Source: a virus (lineage: Duplodnaviria; Caudoviricetes). Taken from it: a DNA stretch of 56,334 nucleotides. Every line of letters begins with the position of its first letter. The first letter of the stretch is position 1. Where the stretch lies: the IMG/VR virus record IMGVR_UViG_3300049926_000055, positions 1-56,334 of that record; one strand, written 5' to 3'. Shown piece after piece: positions 46,444 through 55,385 of the stretch. A program made the position numbers and the translations under genes. The notes beneath the pieces were generated by a model. It made no database searches. It was not told where the DNA came from and saw nothing but the letters and a program-made list of their open reading frames with translations.

Positions 46444-48537
46444 GTGAAACTCGACTGGGACACCGGCCACGGCCCCGTGACCGGGCCCATCAACACCGGC
46501 GTCGCCGCCCTGGCCGTCGGCTACGCCGGGCACGTCGCCCACATGCCCCCGTCCTGGGCCGCACTCGCGGCCGGGGCGGGGGCGGTCGGCACGCACATCG
46601 CCGGGCGCCGCAAGGACGTCACCGGGGCGACCCTCGCCCTGCGTGCCGCCGGGTGGCTCGGGGTCGGCGGCTGGTGCTCCTACGCCATGGCCAACGGCCC
46701 GTGGTCGCAGTGGGGCATCGGCAGCCTGCTCGCCGGGGCGCTCGGCCTCGGCGCGGCGATGGCCGGGGCGCACCACGTCGAGCACAAGGCTGAAGAGAAG
46801 AAGGCTGTGGCCGAGGCCGCCGCGCGCCGCGCCACCCTCGACGGCAAGCGGAAGGTCATCGCGGACGAGTGGGAGGACCGCATCGTCCGCGTCTGCACCG
46901 GCAGCGTCGTGCAGATCGTCGGCGTCGAGATGTGGGAGTCCGGCGGCGGCTTCGTCCTCGACGGCGAGTGCGGCCCCGGCGGCACCCGCTGGAAAGACAT
47001 CGTCGCGTACCAGGACGCGCTCGCCGCAGACGCCAAGCTGCCCGAGGGCTGCGGCGTTGAAGTGAGGCAGGGCGCCCACCGCGGCGCTGTCCTCATCGAC
47101 GTCTCCACCGTCAATCGGCTGCTCGGAGAGGAGACCTACCCGGCGGACTACTCGCCCCTCACCCTCAACGGGCCGCTGCCGTTGGGCATGCACCGCGACG
47201 GCGAGGGGGCCGCCCCCACGATCCGGGAGTTCACCACGCTGCTCGCCGGCCGCAAGGGCTCCGGAAAGACCAACCTGTCCAACGTCTTCCTGGCTGGCAC
47301 CGCCCGCATGACCGACAACCTGACGTGGGTCATCGACCTCAACGGGGGTGGCCTCGCCCTGCCGTGGCTGCACGCCTGGCACGCCGCCGGACGCCCCGGC
47401 CGGCCGCCGGTCGACTGGGTCGCAGACACCCCGGAGAAGGCCCTGGCGATGGCGAAGGCAGCGCTGCGCATCGCGAAGGCCCGCAAGCCGGGGTACAAGC
47501 ATCTGGAGATCGCCGCCAACGACGACAAGCTGCCCGTGTCGGCCGCCGTGCCGGGCATCCTCATCGCCGGGGATGAGATCGCCGAGTTGTACTCGCCGAA
47601 GGCCAGGCAGAACGAGGTGCTCAAGGAGACGGGCGACATCCTCGTGCAGGTCGTCGAGCTGGCCCGCGCGGTCGCCGTCAACGCGCTCATCACCGCGCTG
47701 CGCGCCACGCAGGACGTGTTGTCGGAGCCTCAGTTGCTTGCGCAGTCCGGCCTGAAGATCGGCATGAAGTCCGACGAGCGGGAACTGTCCTACCTGTTCG
47801 GCTGGAACGACAAGCTGTCGCCGGAGGACGCCCCGTACCCCGGCTGCGGCTTCATGAAGGTGCTCGACGAGCCCGCCCGGCCGTTCAAAGCCTTCCGGAT
47901 GCTCCCGAACCAGATCGCCGACGTCGTCGCCGCCACATCCGGCCTGCACCCCGAGCTCGACGAGTTGTCCCGCAAGGCCGCAGGGCAGGCGTACGAGCAG
48001 CGGTGGATGGGCACCGACCACCTCTTCGGCCTCGGCCCCGCTCCGGTGGCCGAGTCCCAGCCCGACACCCCTGCCGCGCCCGACCAGCCGCGCACGTCCG
48101 GCGTCACGGCCGGCTGGGGCACCACCACGACGGCCACGGCGAGCACCGCGCAAGACGCCATCGACGAGGCCGAGGCCGCCCGGCGGAAGCTGCGCCAGGC
48201 GATGGACGAGGCCGGGCAGCGCGACGGCGACCTCGCCGCACAGTTCCGCAGCGTCGTCGACGGCGGCGGACTCGGCTGGACCCCGCCCACGGTCGACGCG
48301 GCCCCCGTCGAGCTGGGCAAGAAGCCTGACCCGCGCAAGGCCCTCGTGTTCGAGATCGTCGCCGGGTCCGGCGGCCCCGGCATCGGCCCCGAGGCCATCC
48401 GGGAGTTCATCACCCGCCTGCACCCCGACACCGACCCGCCGCACGCCGCGACGATCGGCCGCTGGCTCGACGCCGACCCCCGTATCCACAAGCCCAGTTA
48501 CGGCCGGTACGCCGTCCGGCCCGACCTCGACCAGTGA
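46444..48537 (+). CDS. traB: FtsK/SpoIIIE-family DNA translocase, TraB-like
   Basis: N-terminal TM helices, Walker A AGRKGSGKT, WVIDLNGG, Walker B IAGDEIAE, C-terminal winged-helix-like domain. Confidence 0.8.
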   Translation: MKLDWDTGHGPVTGPINTGVAALAVGYAGHVAHMPPSWAALAAGAGAVGTHIAGRRKDVTGATLALRAAGWLGVGGWCSYAMANGPWSQWGIGSLLAGALGLGAAMAGAHHVEHKAEEKKAVAEAAARRATLDGKRKVIADEWEDRIVRVCTGSVVQIVGVEMWESGGGFVLDGECGPGGTRWKDIVAYQDALAADAKLPEGCGVEVRQGAHRGAVLIDVSTVNRLLGEETYPADYSPLTLNGPLPLGMHRDGEGAAPTIREFTTLLAGRKGSGKTNLSNVFLAGTARMTDNLTWVIDLNGGGLALPWLHAWHAAGRPGRPPVDWVADTPEKALAMAKAALRIAKARKPGYKHLEIAANDDKLPVSAAVPGILIAGDEIAELYSPKARQNEVLKETGDILVQVVELARAVAVNALITALRATQDVLSEPQLLAQSGLKIGMKSDERELSYLFGWNDKLSPEDAPYPGCGFMKVLDEPARPFKAFRMLPNQIADVVAATSGLHPELDELSRKAAGQAYEQRWMGTDHLFGLGPAPVAESQPDTPAAPDQPRTSGVTAGWGTTTTATASTAQDAIDEAEAARRKLRQAMDEAGQRDGDLAAQFRSVVDGGGLGWTPPTVDAAPVELGKKPDPRKALVFEIVAGSGGPGIGPEAIREFITRLHPDTDPPHAATIGRWLDADPRIHKPSYGRYAVRPDLDQ

Positions 48538-48551
48538 CCGGAGACACCGTC

Positions 48552-49001
48552 ATGGACCCCTACCGCACGCCCGAGCAGGTCGACGTGCGCCTGCCCACCG
48601 CCATCTACCCGGCCGCCCCGGTCGAGCCGTACGTACAGCCCGGCCCGGTCGTGTGGGTGCCCGACGCCTACGGCCGCCTCGTCCCCATGCCCAAGGACCT
48701 CGCCCCCGCCCCCGTGCAGGCGACACCGCCTCGGGACCTCACCCCGGTCCCGCTCATCGGCGAGCGCGCGCAGACCATCGCCGCCAGCGGCGTGTTCGCG
48801 GCCGGAGCCGGATGGGGCGTCGGCCAGGTCCTGTCCGGGCTCGCCGGGATCAGCAGCGGCCTCGTCATGTGGATCGCCATCGCGATCGTCGCCGCACGCC
48901 TCGGCGGGCCCGGCGGCGGTGGCACCTCGACCGTGCACAACGAGACGCACATCAACAACCACAACCGCTGGTGGGGCAAGTCCACCACCAACAGCCACTG
49001 A
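48552..49001 (+). CDS. Spd-like Pro-rich membrane protein
   Basis: Pro-rich N-terminus, two TM helices, VHNETHINNHNRWWG tail; coupled to traB. Confidence 0.6.
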   Translation: MDPYRTPEQVDVRLPTAIYPAAPVEPYVQPGPVVWVPDAYGRLVPMPKDLAPAPVQATPPRDLTPVPLIGERAQTIAASGVFAAGAGWGVGQVLSGLAGISSGLVMWIAIAIVAARLGGPGGGGTSTVHNETHINNHNRWWGKSTTNSH

Positions 49002-49014
49002 CCAGGGGGACACC

Positions 49015-49608
49015 ATGGCCACCATCACCCGCGCCACCCGCCGCCGCCGCAAGGTCCGCATCGACGGATGGGGCGCCACCGGCCTCGGCGTCCTCGCCAT
49101 CGCCATCGCCGGATACCTGCACCACCACCCCGGCGTCGCGGTGGCCCTCGGCGTGACCATCGCCGCCAGCATCGCCCTGTACGTCATCGCCCGCCGCCGG
49201 CTCCGACGACGCAAGCCCCGGGCTGCCGGCCGCCGCTTCCTCAAGCTGTCGCCGACCAGCTTCGAGGACGCGGTCGCCGACCTCATGCGGCGCAGCGGTG
49301 TTGCTGACGCCCGGCGTACCGGCGGCGCGGGCGACCTCGGCGCGGACGTTGTGGGCTGGGACCGGGCCGGCCGGAAGGTTGTGACGCAGTGCAAGCGGTA
49401 CGCGGTTGATCGGGCTGTCGGCAGCGAGGACATGCAGCGGTTCATGGGGACCGCCCGCGTCCATCACTGTGCGGGTGTTGCGCTGTTCGTGACGACGTCG
49501 CGGTTCACGAAGCCCGCGCTCGACTACGCCCGGCAGCACGACATTCGGACCGTGGATGGTGAGCAGCTCGCGGAGTGGGATCGCACGGGATACGCCCCCT
49601 GGCTGTGA
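49015..49608 (+). CDS. Membrane-anchored Mrr-type (PD-(D/E)XK) nuclease domain protein
   Basis: Two TM helices, then SPTSFEDAVA, GGAGDLGADV, VTQCKRY, VTTSRFT. Confidence 0.85.
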   Translation: MATITRATRRRRKVRIDGWGATGLGVLAIAIAGYLHHHPGVAVALGVTIAASIALYVIARRRLRRRKPRAAGRRFLKLSPTSFEDAVADLMRRSGVADARRTGGAGDLGADVVGWDRAGRKVVTQCKRYAVDRAVGSEDMQRFMGTARVHHCAGVALFVTTSRFTKPALDYARQHDIRTVDGEQLAEWDRTGYAPWL

Positions 49609-49656
49609 TTCGCCTGCGACACTGATGGTTCACGCCGGGTAGCGCCCGGCATAACG

Positions 49657-49691
49657 AGACCCCACCGCGTTCCCCCGTCGCGGTGGGGTCT
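49657..49691. terminator. Bidirectional terminator ending the transfer operon
   Basis: AGACCCCACCGCG...CGCGGTGGGGTCT. Confidence 0.75.
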
Positions 49692-49705
49692 TGCTGCGTG
49701 CGCGG

Positions 49706-50044
49706 TCAGGCCTGCGGGCAGCCCTCGGTGTGCCAGGTCTCGGTGGTTGTTCCTGTCAGGCTGGCGGTGATGATGCGGGTGTCGCCGGTGCGGGGTGTGG
49801 CGTGGCATTCGGGGCATTCGAGTTTCTGGTGCAGGGCTTCTTGTCCCTCGCGGGTGATGCGCCGCACCGTCTCGCGGCTGTAGCCGGTGGCTTCGATGAT
49901 GTCCTTCTGCGGCATGCCTTCGCCGGCGGCGCGGGCGAAGATCTTGGCGCGCTCGCGGTCGGCGTCGGCACGGATGCGTTCGGCCTCGGCGACTGCGGCG
50001 TCGTGCCGCTTCTTTGCTGCTGCCAGATCGTCCTTGGTAACCAT
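49706..50044 (-). CDS. HTH regulator with C-terminal Zn module
   Basis: GMPQKDIIEATGYSRETVRRI; CPEC...WH..GC. Confidence 0.75.
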   Translation of the reverse strand: MVTKDDLAAAKKRHDAAVAEAERIRADADRERAKIFARAAGEGMPQKDIIEATGYSRETVRRITREGQEALHQKLECPECHATPRTGDTRIITASLTGTTTETWHTEGCPQA

Positions 50045-50066
50045 GCCCTCATGATGCCACATGCGT

Positions 50067-50122
50067 TAGGCCTCGCCTAGTTGTTGACATGCCTCACGTG
50101 CGAGGCCTAGACTATGAGGCAT
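50067..50122 (+). promoter_or_regulatory. Consensus housekeeping-type promoter with operator repeats
   Basis: TTGACA(50084)-18 nt-TAGACT; TAGGCCTCGC/GCGAGGCCTA and ATGCCTCA/TGAGGCAT inverted pairs. Confidence 0.75.
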
Positions 50123-50151
50123 AAGGTAAGTCGCACCGAGGGGGGACCACC

Positions 50152-50547
50152 GTGAAGCACACCAGCCGTCAGCTGAGCGAGACCACCACCGCCGACATGT
50201 ACCGCGCGATGGACCGCCAGCACCCGGTCACCCTCACCTACACCAAGGCAGACGGCAGCGAGACCATCCGCACCGTTGAAATCCGAGACATCCGCACCAC
50301 CAAGGCCGGCGCCCTCATCCTCCGCGCCGCCGACCGCCAGTCCGGCGAGATGCGCACCTGGCGGATCGACCGCATCGAGAGCTACACCACCCACCGCACC
50401 GCCTACGTGGTCGAGCTCCCCGCCAGCGAGACCCCCGCCGCCCCCGTCTTCACCGCGCCGGCCGCGCTCACCGCCTACGAAGAGGCCCGCGACGAGGCCG
50501 CCGCCGACCGCCGTTACTGGACCAGCCGCTACGACGAAGCCGCCTGA
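50152..50547 (+). CDS. Stand-alone WYL-domain protein
   Basis: VTLTYTKADGSETIRTVE...DRQSGEMRTWRIDRI. Confidence 0.8.
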   Translation: MKHTSRQLSETTTADMYRAMDRQHPVTLTYTKADGSETIRTVEIRDIRTTKAGALILRAADRQSGEMRTWRIDRIESYTTHRTAYVVELPASETPAAPVFTAPAALTAYEEARDEAAADRRYWTSRYDEAA

Positions 50548-50558
50548 GGAGCCCCGCC

Positions 50559-50786
50559 ATGACGTACCAGGAAGCCCTTGCCGAAGCCGCCCGCATCGGC
50601 ACCAGCCGCTGCACTGACCCGGCGCTGATGGCCACGATCTGCGAAGAGGTCTTCCCCATCACCGTCGGCGCGATCGCCCCGCAGCTCGTGTGGGAAGGCG
50701 CGCAGAAGCAGGGCCTGACGACCAAGCAGCTCGTCGACCTCGCCGCGAAGGACGTGTTCGCCGTCTCCGACCTCATGTGGCTCTGA
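50559..50786 (+). CDS. Hypothetical protein
   Basis: RBS gaggag; GAIAPQLVWEGA. Confidence 0.6.
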   Translation: MTYQEALAEAARIGTSRCTDPALMATICEEVFPITVGAIAPQLVWEGAQKQGLTTKQLVDLAAKDVFAVSDLMWL

Positions 50787-50840
50787 ACCACCCCGCACAC
50801 CAGACCCGATCACATCGCGCAGACGAGGAAGAGGCACACC

Positions 50841-51107
50841 ATGAGCACAGGCATCTGGATCCTGACCAAGGGCATCGTCCAGGAGGGTGGCGAGGTCATC
50901 GGCGTCTGGACCGGCCCGAACGCCAAGGACGCGGCCAACACGTACTTCGACCAGATCGCGTGGACGGTGAACAGCGACCCGACCGCGATCGAGCGGGGCG
51001 ACGGCGAGCACGACACCGCGTACGTGTCCGGCACCGCGTACGTGTCCGGCCGAGACAAGTGGCTTCACCTGGACTGCCTGGCCAACGGCTGGACCAAGGG
51101 CCACTGA
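50841..51107 (+). CDS. Hypothetical protein
   Basis: RBS gaagagg; contains an 18-bp tandem duplication. Confidence 0.55.
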   Translation: MSTGIWILTKGIVQEGGEVIGVWTGPNAKDAANTYFDQIAWTVNSDPTAIERGDGEHDTAYVSGTAYVSGRDKWLHLDCLANGWTKGH

Positions 51108-51228
51108 CCGACCGCCGCCCATGCCGAAGGGGCCCTGACCGGTGCACCGCCACCAGTCAGGGCCCCACCCACGCGCCTCACCGTTACCATCAAAGCACGA
51201 CCACAGGTAACAACGGGAGGTGACCGAC

Positions 51229-51720
51229 ATGGCAGGCACACCACCCGGCGACCAGACCCGCGGCGGCGACGGCCGATACATCCCCACCCTCACCACCGCC
51301 CAACGCCAAAACGCAGCCGCCGAACTCCGCTCCCAAGGCAAGAGCTACCGCGCCATCGCCGCCGAACTCGGCGTCGACGTCAAAACCGCCCACACCCACG
51401 TCCAAGCCGCACTCCGCGCCATCGTCGAAGAAGCAGCCGAAGACGTACGCCGCATCGAACTCGACCGCCTCGACACCATGTACGCCGCAGCCATGGGCGT
51501 CCTCGAACGACAGCACGTCACCGTGTCCCAAGGCCGCATCATCTACAACGGCGAAGAACCCCTCCTCGACGACGCACCCGTCTTGCAGGCCATCGACCGG
51601 CTACTGCGGATCGCCGAACGCCGCGCCAAGCTCTTGGGCCTGGACTCCGCGCAGAAGGTTGATGTGTCCGGCGGCGTGAAGTACGAGATCGTCGGCGTCG
51701 ACCCGAAGGATCTCGCGTAG
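51229..51720 (+). CDS. terS: Terminase small subunit
   Basis: HTH GKSYRAIAAELGV, ELDRLD, ERRAKLLGLD; adjacent to TerL. Confidence 0.8.
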   Translation: MAGTPPGDQTRGGDGRYIPTLTTAQRQNAAAELRSQGKSYRAIAAELGVDVKTAHTHVQAALRAIVEEAAEDVRRIELDRLDTMYAAAMGVLERQHVTVSQGRIIYNGEEPLLDDAPVLQAIDRLLRIAERRAKLLGLDSAQKVDVSGGVKYEIVGVDPKDLA

Positions 51721-53057
51721 TGACTGCCGGCGCGGCTGGCACAGTCGTCCGGTACGAGCCGCGTGGCGCAGGCCTCGACCTGTTCCACTGCAAGGACAAC
51801 GAGGTGCTGCTCTCCGGCGCGGCAGGCACTGGCAAGAGCGTGGCCGCGCTCATGAAGGTCCACCTCACCTGCCTGTCCGTGCCGAAGGTCCGGGCGCTCA
51901 TCGTCCGCAAGACCCACGCATCACTCACCGCGTCGACGCTCGTGACGTTCCGGCAGAAGGTCGCCGCCGAGGCCCTGGCCACCGGCGCCGTGTCGTTCTA
52001 CGGCGGGTCCGCCCAGGAGCCGGCAGCGTTCCGCTACAGCAACGGCTCGGTCATCGTCGTCGGCGGTCTCGATCGCGCCTCGCGTCTGTTGAGCACCGAG
52101 TACGACCTGTGTTTCGTGGACGAGGCGATCGAGACCACCCCGGAAGACCTCGACACGATCATCACCCGGCTGCGTAACGGGCGGTTGTCCTATCAGCAAT
52201 TGATCTTGGCCACCAACCCCGGTCCGCCCACCCACCACCTGAAACAACGCGCCGACGCCGGGCGCAGCACCATGCTCTACAGCCGCCACGAGGACAACCC
52301 CCGGCTCTACCAAGGCGGCGAGTGGACCGAGTACGGACAGGCCTACCTGGACCGCCTCGATGGCCTCTCCGGGGCGCGCTACCAACGGATGCGCTGGGGA
52401 AAGTGGGTAGCTGCCGAAGGGCAGGTGTACGAGCAGTGGGATGAGTCGCTGCACCTCATCGACCCGTTCCCTGTGCCGCCCGAGTGGACCAGGTGGTGGT
52501 CGATCGACTTCGGGTACACGGCGCCGCTCGTCCTCCAGACGTGGGCAGAGGACGGGGACGGCAGGCTCTACCTGCTGCGGGAGATCTTCCGCACGCGCCG
52601 CCTCGTCGAGGACCACGCTGCGCACATCCTGAGGCTCGTCAGGGACGACGACGGCCAGTGGACCGAGCCCCGCCCGCGCGCCATCATCTGCGACCACGAC
52701 GCCGAAGACCGGGCCACCCTCGAACGACACCTCGGCATGTCCACCGTCGCAGCGAAGAAGACCGTCAGCGACGGCATCCAGGCCGTACAGTCCCGCCTGA
52801 AGGTGGCCGGTGACGGGAAGCCCCGCCTGTTCATCGTGCGCGGGGCGCTGGCCGAGCGAGACCAGGCCCTCGCAGACGCGGTGAAGCCCACGTGCACGGA
52901 GGAGGAGTTCCCCGGCTATGTGTGGGCGGTGAAGCCCGGGGCGGCCGGCGGCCTGAAGGAGGAGCCGGTGAAGCAGGATGACCACGGGATGGACGCGATG
53001 CGGTACATGGTGGCGCAGCGGGATCTCGGTGGCCGGCCGAACGTGCGTTGGCTCTGA
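51720..53057 (+). CDS. terL: Terminase large subunit
   Basis: Walker A SGAAGTGKS, Walker B FVDEA, ATNP, SIDFGY and DHGMDAMRY. Confidence 0.93.
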   Translation: MTAGAAGTVVRYEPRGAGLDLFHCKDNEVLLSGAAGTGKSVAALMKVHLTCLSVPKVRALIVRKTHASLTASTLVTFRQKVAAEALATGAVSFYGGSAQEPAAFRYSNGSVIVVGGLDRASRLLSTEYDLCFVDEAIETTPEDLDTIITRLRNGRLSYQQLILATNPGPPTHHLKQRADAGRSTMLYSRHEDNPRLYQGGEWTEYGQAYLDRLDGLSGARYQRMRWGKWVAAEGQVYEQWDESLHLIDPFPVPPEWTRWWSIDFGYTAPLVLQTWAEDGDGRLYLLREIFRTRRLVEDHAAHILRLVRDDDGQWTEPRPRAIICDHDAEDRATLERHLGMSTVAAKKTVSDGIQAVQSRLKVAGDGKPRLFIVRGALAERDQALADAVKPTCTEEEFPGYVWAVKPGAAGGLKEEPVKQDDHGMDAMRYMVAQRDLGGRPNVRWL

Positions 53058-53081
53058 TCTGACCTATGAAGGAGTGAATCG

Positions 53082-53252
53082 ATGCGGAAGCCCATGCTCT
53101 CGAAACTGAAAGATTTGCGGCCGAGCGCCATGTTGACAGGAGGATTTACACTCATCACAGCAGGCTCGTGGAATATCTTCGGTACAGGCGTCGGTCTCAT
53201 CACCGGCGGCGTCCTCACCGTGATCCTCCAATGGTGGGTCGACAGCGACTAA
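53082..53252 (+). CDS. Small membrane protein between terminase and portal
   Basis: MRKPMLSKLKDLRPSAMLTGGFTLITAGSWNIFGTGVGLITGGVLTVILQWWVDSD*; RBS gaaggag. Confidence 0.65.
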   Translation: MRKPMLSKLKDLRPSAMLTGGFTLITAGSWNIFGTGVGLITGGVLTVILQWWVDSD

Positions 53253-53270
53253 CAGAACGGGAGGGACCGC

Positions 53271-55385
53271 GTGGGTAAGACCCTCCTCGGCTCCCTCGCC
53301 AACGCCGCCGCACGCCGCACCGCTGAGATGCCCATCCCCTACACCGGGCGCAGCGCCTCCAAGACCAGCTTCTTCGGACGTCTCACCGGCGCCGAAGCCC
53401 AACTCCGCGCCATGTCCAGCGTCGGCACCCTCTTCGCCATCGTCGACCGCACATCGAACGCCACCGCATTGGTCGAGTGGAAGCTGTGGCGCAAAGCCAA
53501 ATCCGGCCGCGACGAAGACCGCGTCGAGGTCACTGCGCACGCCGCCCTCGACCTGTGGAACAAGCCCAACCCGTTCATGCCACGGCAGGAATACGTCGAG
53601 ACAAGCACGCAGCACTACGACCTGACCGGCGAGACCTGGTGGGTCATCGCCCGAGCCTCCGGCTACACGATCCCGCTGGAGATGTGGCCCGTCCGCCCCG
53701 ACCGCATGACCCCGGTCCCGGACCGCGAACGCTTCCTCGCCGGATACATCTACACCAGCCCCGACGGCGAGCAGGTCCCCCTCGGCCTGGACGAGGTCAT
53801 CCAGATCCGCCGGCCGAACCCCATGGACCCCTACCGCGGGCTGTCGCCGGTTCTGTCGATCCTTCCCGACCTGGACACCGCGCGGTATTCCGCGGAGTGG
53901 GCGCGGGCGTTCTTCATCAACAGCGCGCAGCCCGGCGGGATCATCGAGTTGCCGTCCAGCCTCGACGACAACGAGTTCAACCAGCTCCGCGAGCGCTGGA
54001 ACGAACAGCACCGAGGCGTCGGCAACGCCCACCGCGTGGCCATCCTGGAGATGGGCAAGTGGGTTGACCGCACCATCAGCCAGCGCGACATGCAGTTCGT
54101 GGAACTGCGAGGCGTCACCCGCGACGCGATCCGCGAGGCCTACGGCATCTCCAAGTCCGCACTCGGTGACTTCGAGGACGTCAACAGGGCCGCATCCCTC
54201 ACGGCTAAGGCCTGGTTCGCAGAGCAGATCACCATCCCCCGCCTGGAACGCATCAAGGCCGCACTGAACCACGACCTGCTCCCCATGTTCGGACCCACCA
54301 CGCAGGGCCTGGAGTTCGACTACTGCAACCCCGTCCCTGCGGATCCCGAGGTCGAGTCCACTCAGCTCACAGCGCGGGCGAACGCCGCAGCAGCCCTGCG
54401 CACAGCGGGCTGGGAGCCGGCCGGGGTGCTATCGGCCGTGGGTCTGCCGGAGATCCCGTTCAGCGGCCCGGCCGCCGCCCCCGCTCTGCCGTCGGCGCCG
54501 CTTCCCAAGGCCCTGGCCGCGCCGGCGGCTGCCTACACGGTCGAGCGCCTGGCGCTCCCGGCCGCGCCGGTGGACACGGCGTGGGACGCGATGGTCGCTG
54601 GGCTGCTGCCCACGTTCACCGCGGCCGTGGACGCTGATCTGACGGCCGTGCAGTCCCTGCACACGTTCGCCCTCGACACTCTCGTGGCGCGCTGGGGCGA
54701 GGACGTTCTACCGGGCCAGTACCAGGCGCTGCGCGAGCAGATCGCCGCCGCTGTCGACGGCAACGACCTCGCCGCACTGTCCACGCTGACGCTGCCCACC
54801 GACGCCGCGGTGACGGTGCTGCGCACCGCACTGGCCGATACGGCGGACTCTGCGGCCGAGCAGGTGGCAGGGCAGGCGCGGGCGCAGGGCGTGGACGTGA
54901 CGGCGCCGAAGGTCGACGAGAGCGTACGCAACAGCGCGTCGCGGCTGCTGGTCGTGGACTTCGGCGCGGAACTGTCCGAGATCGCCGCCGCCACCGCCGG
55001 GCTCCTCGCCGGGGATGTCGTGACGTCGGCGGTCGCGGAGGCCATCCGCCTGTTCGCGCCGGGCGTGGACGGGGCATCGATTGCCGGGCAGGTTGTGGAG
55101 TTCGTCCGCGGCCTGAAGGGCGCGTTCCGTCGCTCCCGGCTGGGTGGGGCACTGCACCGCGCGGTGAACGTCGGGCGGCTGGCGACGATCGCGGAGGCCC
55201 CCAAGGCGGTCCTGACGGCCAGCGAGAAGCTGGACACGAACACGTGCCAGCCCTGTCAGGACATCGACGGCACCGAGTTCGACGATGTCGCCGCGGCGTG
55301 GGCGGCGTACGGCGCCGGCCCGTACTGGGCCTGTGAAGGACGGGACCGCTGTCGCGGCACTGTTACGGCGAGGTGGGAGTCATGA
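53271..55385 (+). CDS. HK97-type portal protein fused to a MuF-like domain
   Basis: KPNPFM, LTGETWW, RGLSPV, FFINSAQPGG, RDMQFVE; C-terminal D.NTCQPC...C.GR.RCRG. Confidence 0.88.
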   Translation: MGKTLLGSLANAAARRTAEMPIPYTGRSASKTSFFGRLTGAEAQLRAMSSVGTLFAIVDRTSNATALVEWKLWRKAKSGRDEDRVEVTAHAALDLWNKPNPFMPRQEYVETSTQHYDLTGETWWVIARASGYTIPLEMWPVRPDRMTPVPDRERFLAGYIYTSPDGEQVPLGLDEVIQIRRPNPMDPYRGLSPVLSILPDLDTARYSAEWARAFFINSAQPGGIIELPSSLDDNEFNQLRERWNEQHRGVGNAHRVAILEMGKWVDRTISQRDMQFVELRGVTRDAIREAYGISKSALGDFEDVNRAASLTAKAWFAEQITIPRLERIKAALNHDLLPMFGPTTQGLEFDYCNPVPADPEVESTQLTARANAAAALRTAGWEPAGVLSAVGLPEIPFSGPAAAPALPSAPLPKALAAPAAAYTVERLALPAAPVDTAWDAMVAGLLPTFTAAVDADLTAVQSLHTFALDTLVARWGEDVLPGQYQALREQIAAAVDGNDLAALSTLTLPTDAAVTVLRTALADTADSAAEQVAGQARAQGVDVTAPKVDESVRNSASRLLVVDFGAELSEIAAATAGLLAGDVVTSAVAEAIRLFAPGVDGASIAGQVVEFVRGLKGAFRRSRLGGALHRAVNVGRLATIAEAPKAVLTASEKLDTNTCQPCQDIDGTEFDDVAAAWAAYGAGPYWACEGRDRCRGTVTARWES

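Noticed and set aside
46414-48489. 691-aa minus-strand ORF (and similar ones, e.g. 2003-3979, 16013-17002, 53064-54272)
   Set aside because: Antisense shadows of real high-GC genes, with no motifs or RBS
42585-49691. Independent integrated plasmid/AICE inserted in the phage
   Set aside because: No own integrase, excisionase, RepSA/Rep or flanking att repeats were visible; treated as a phage-borne module
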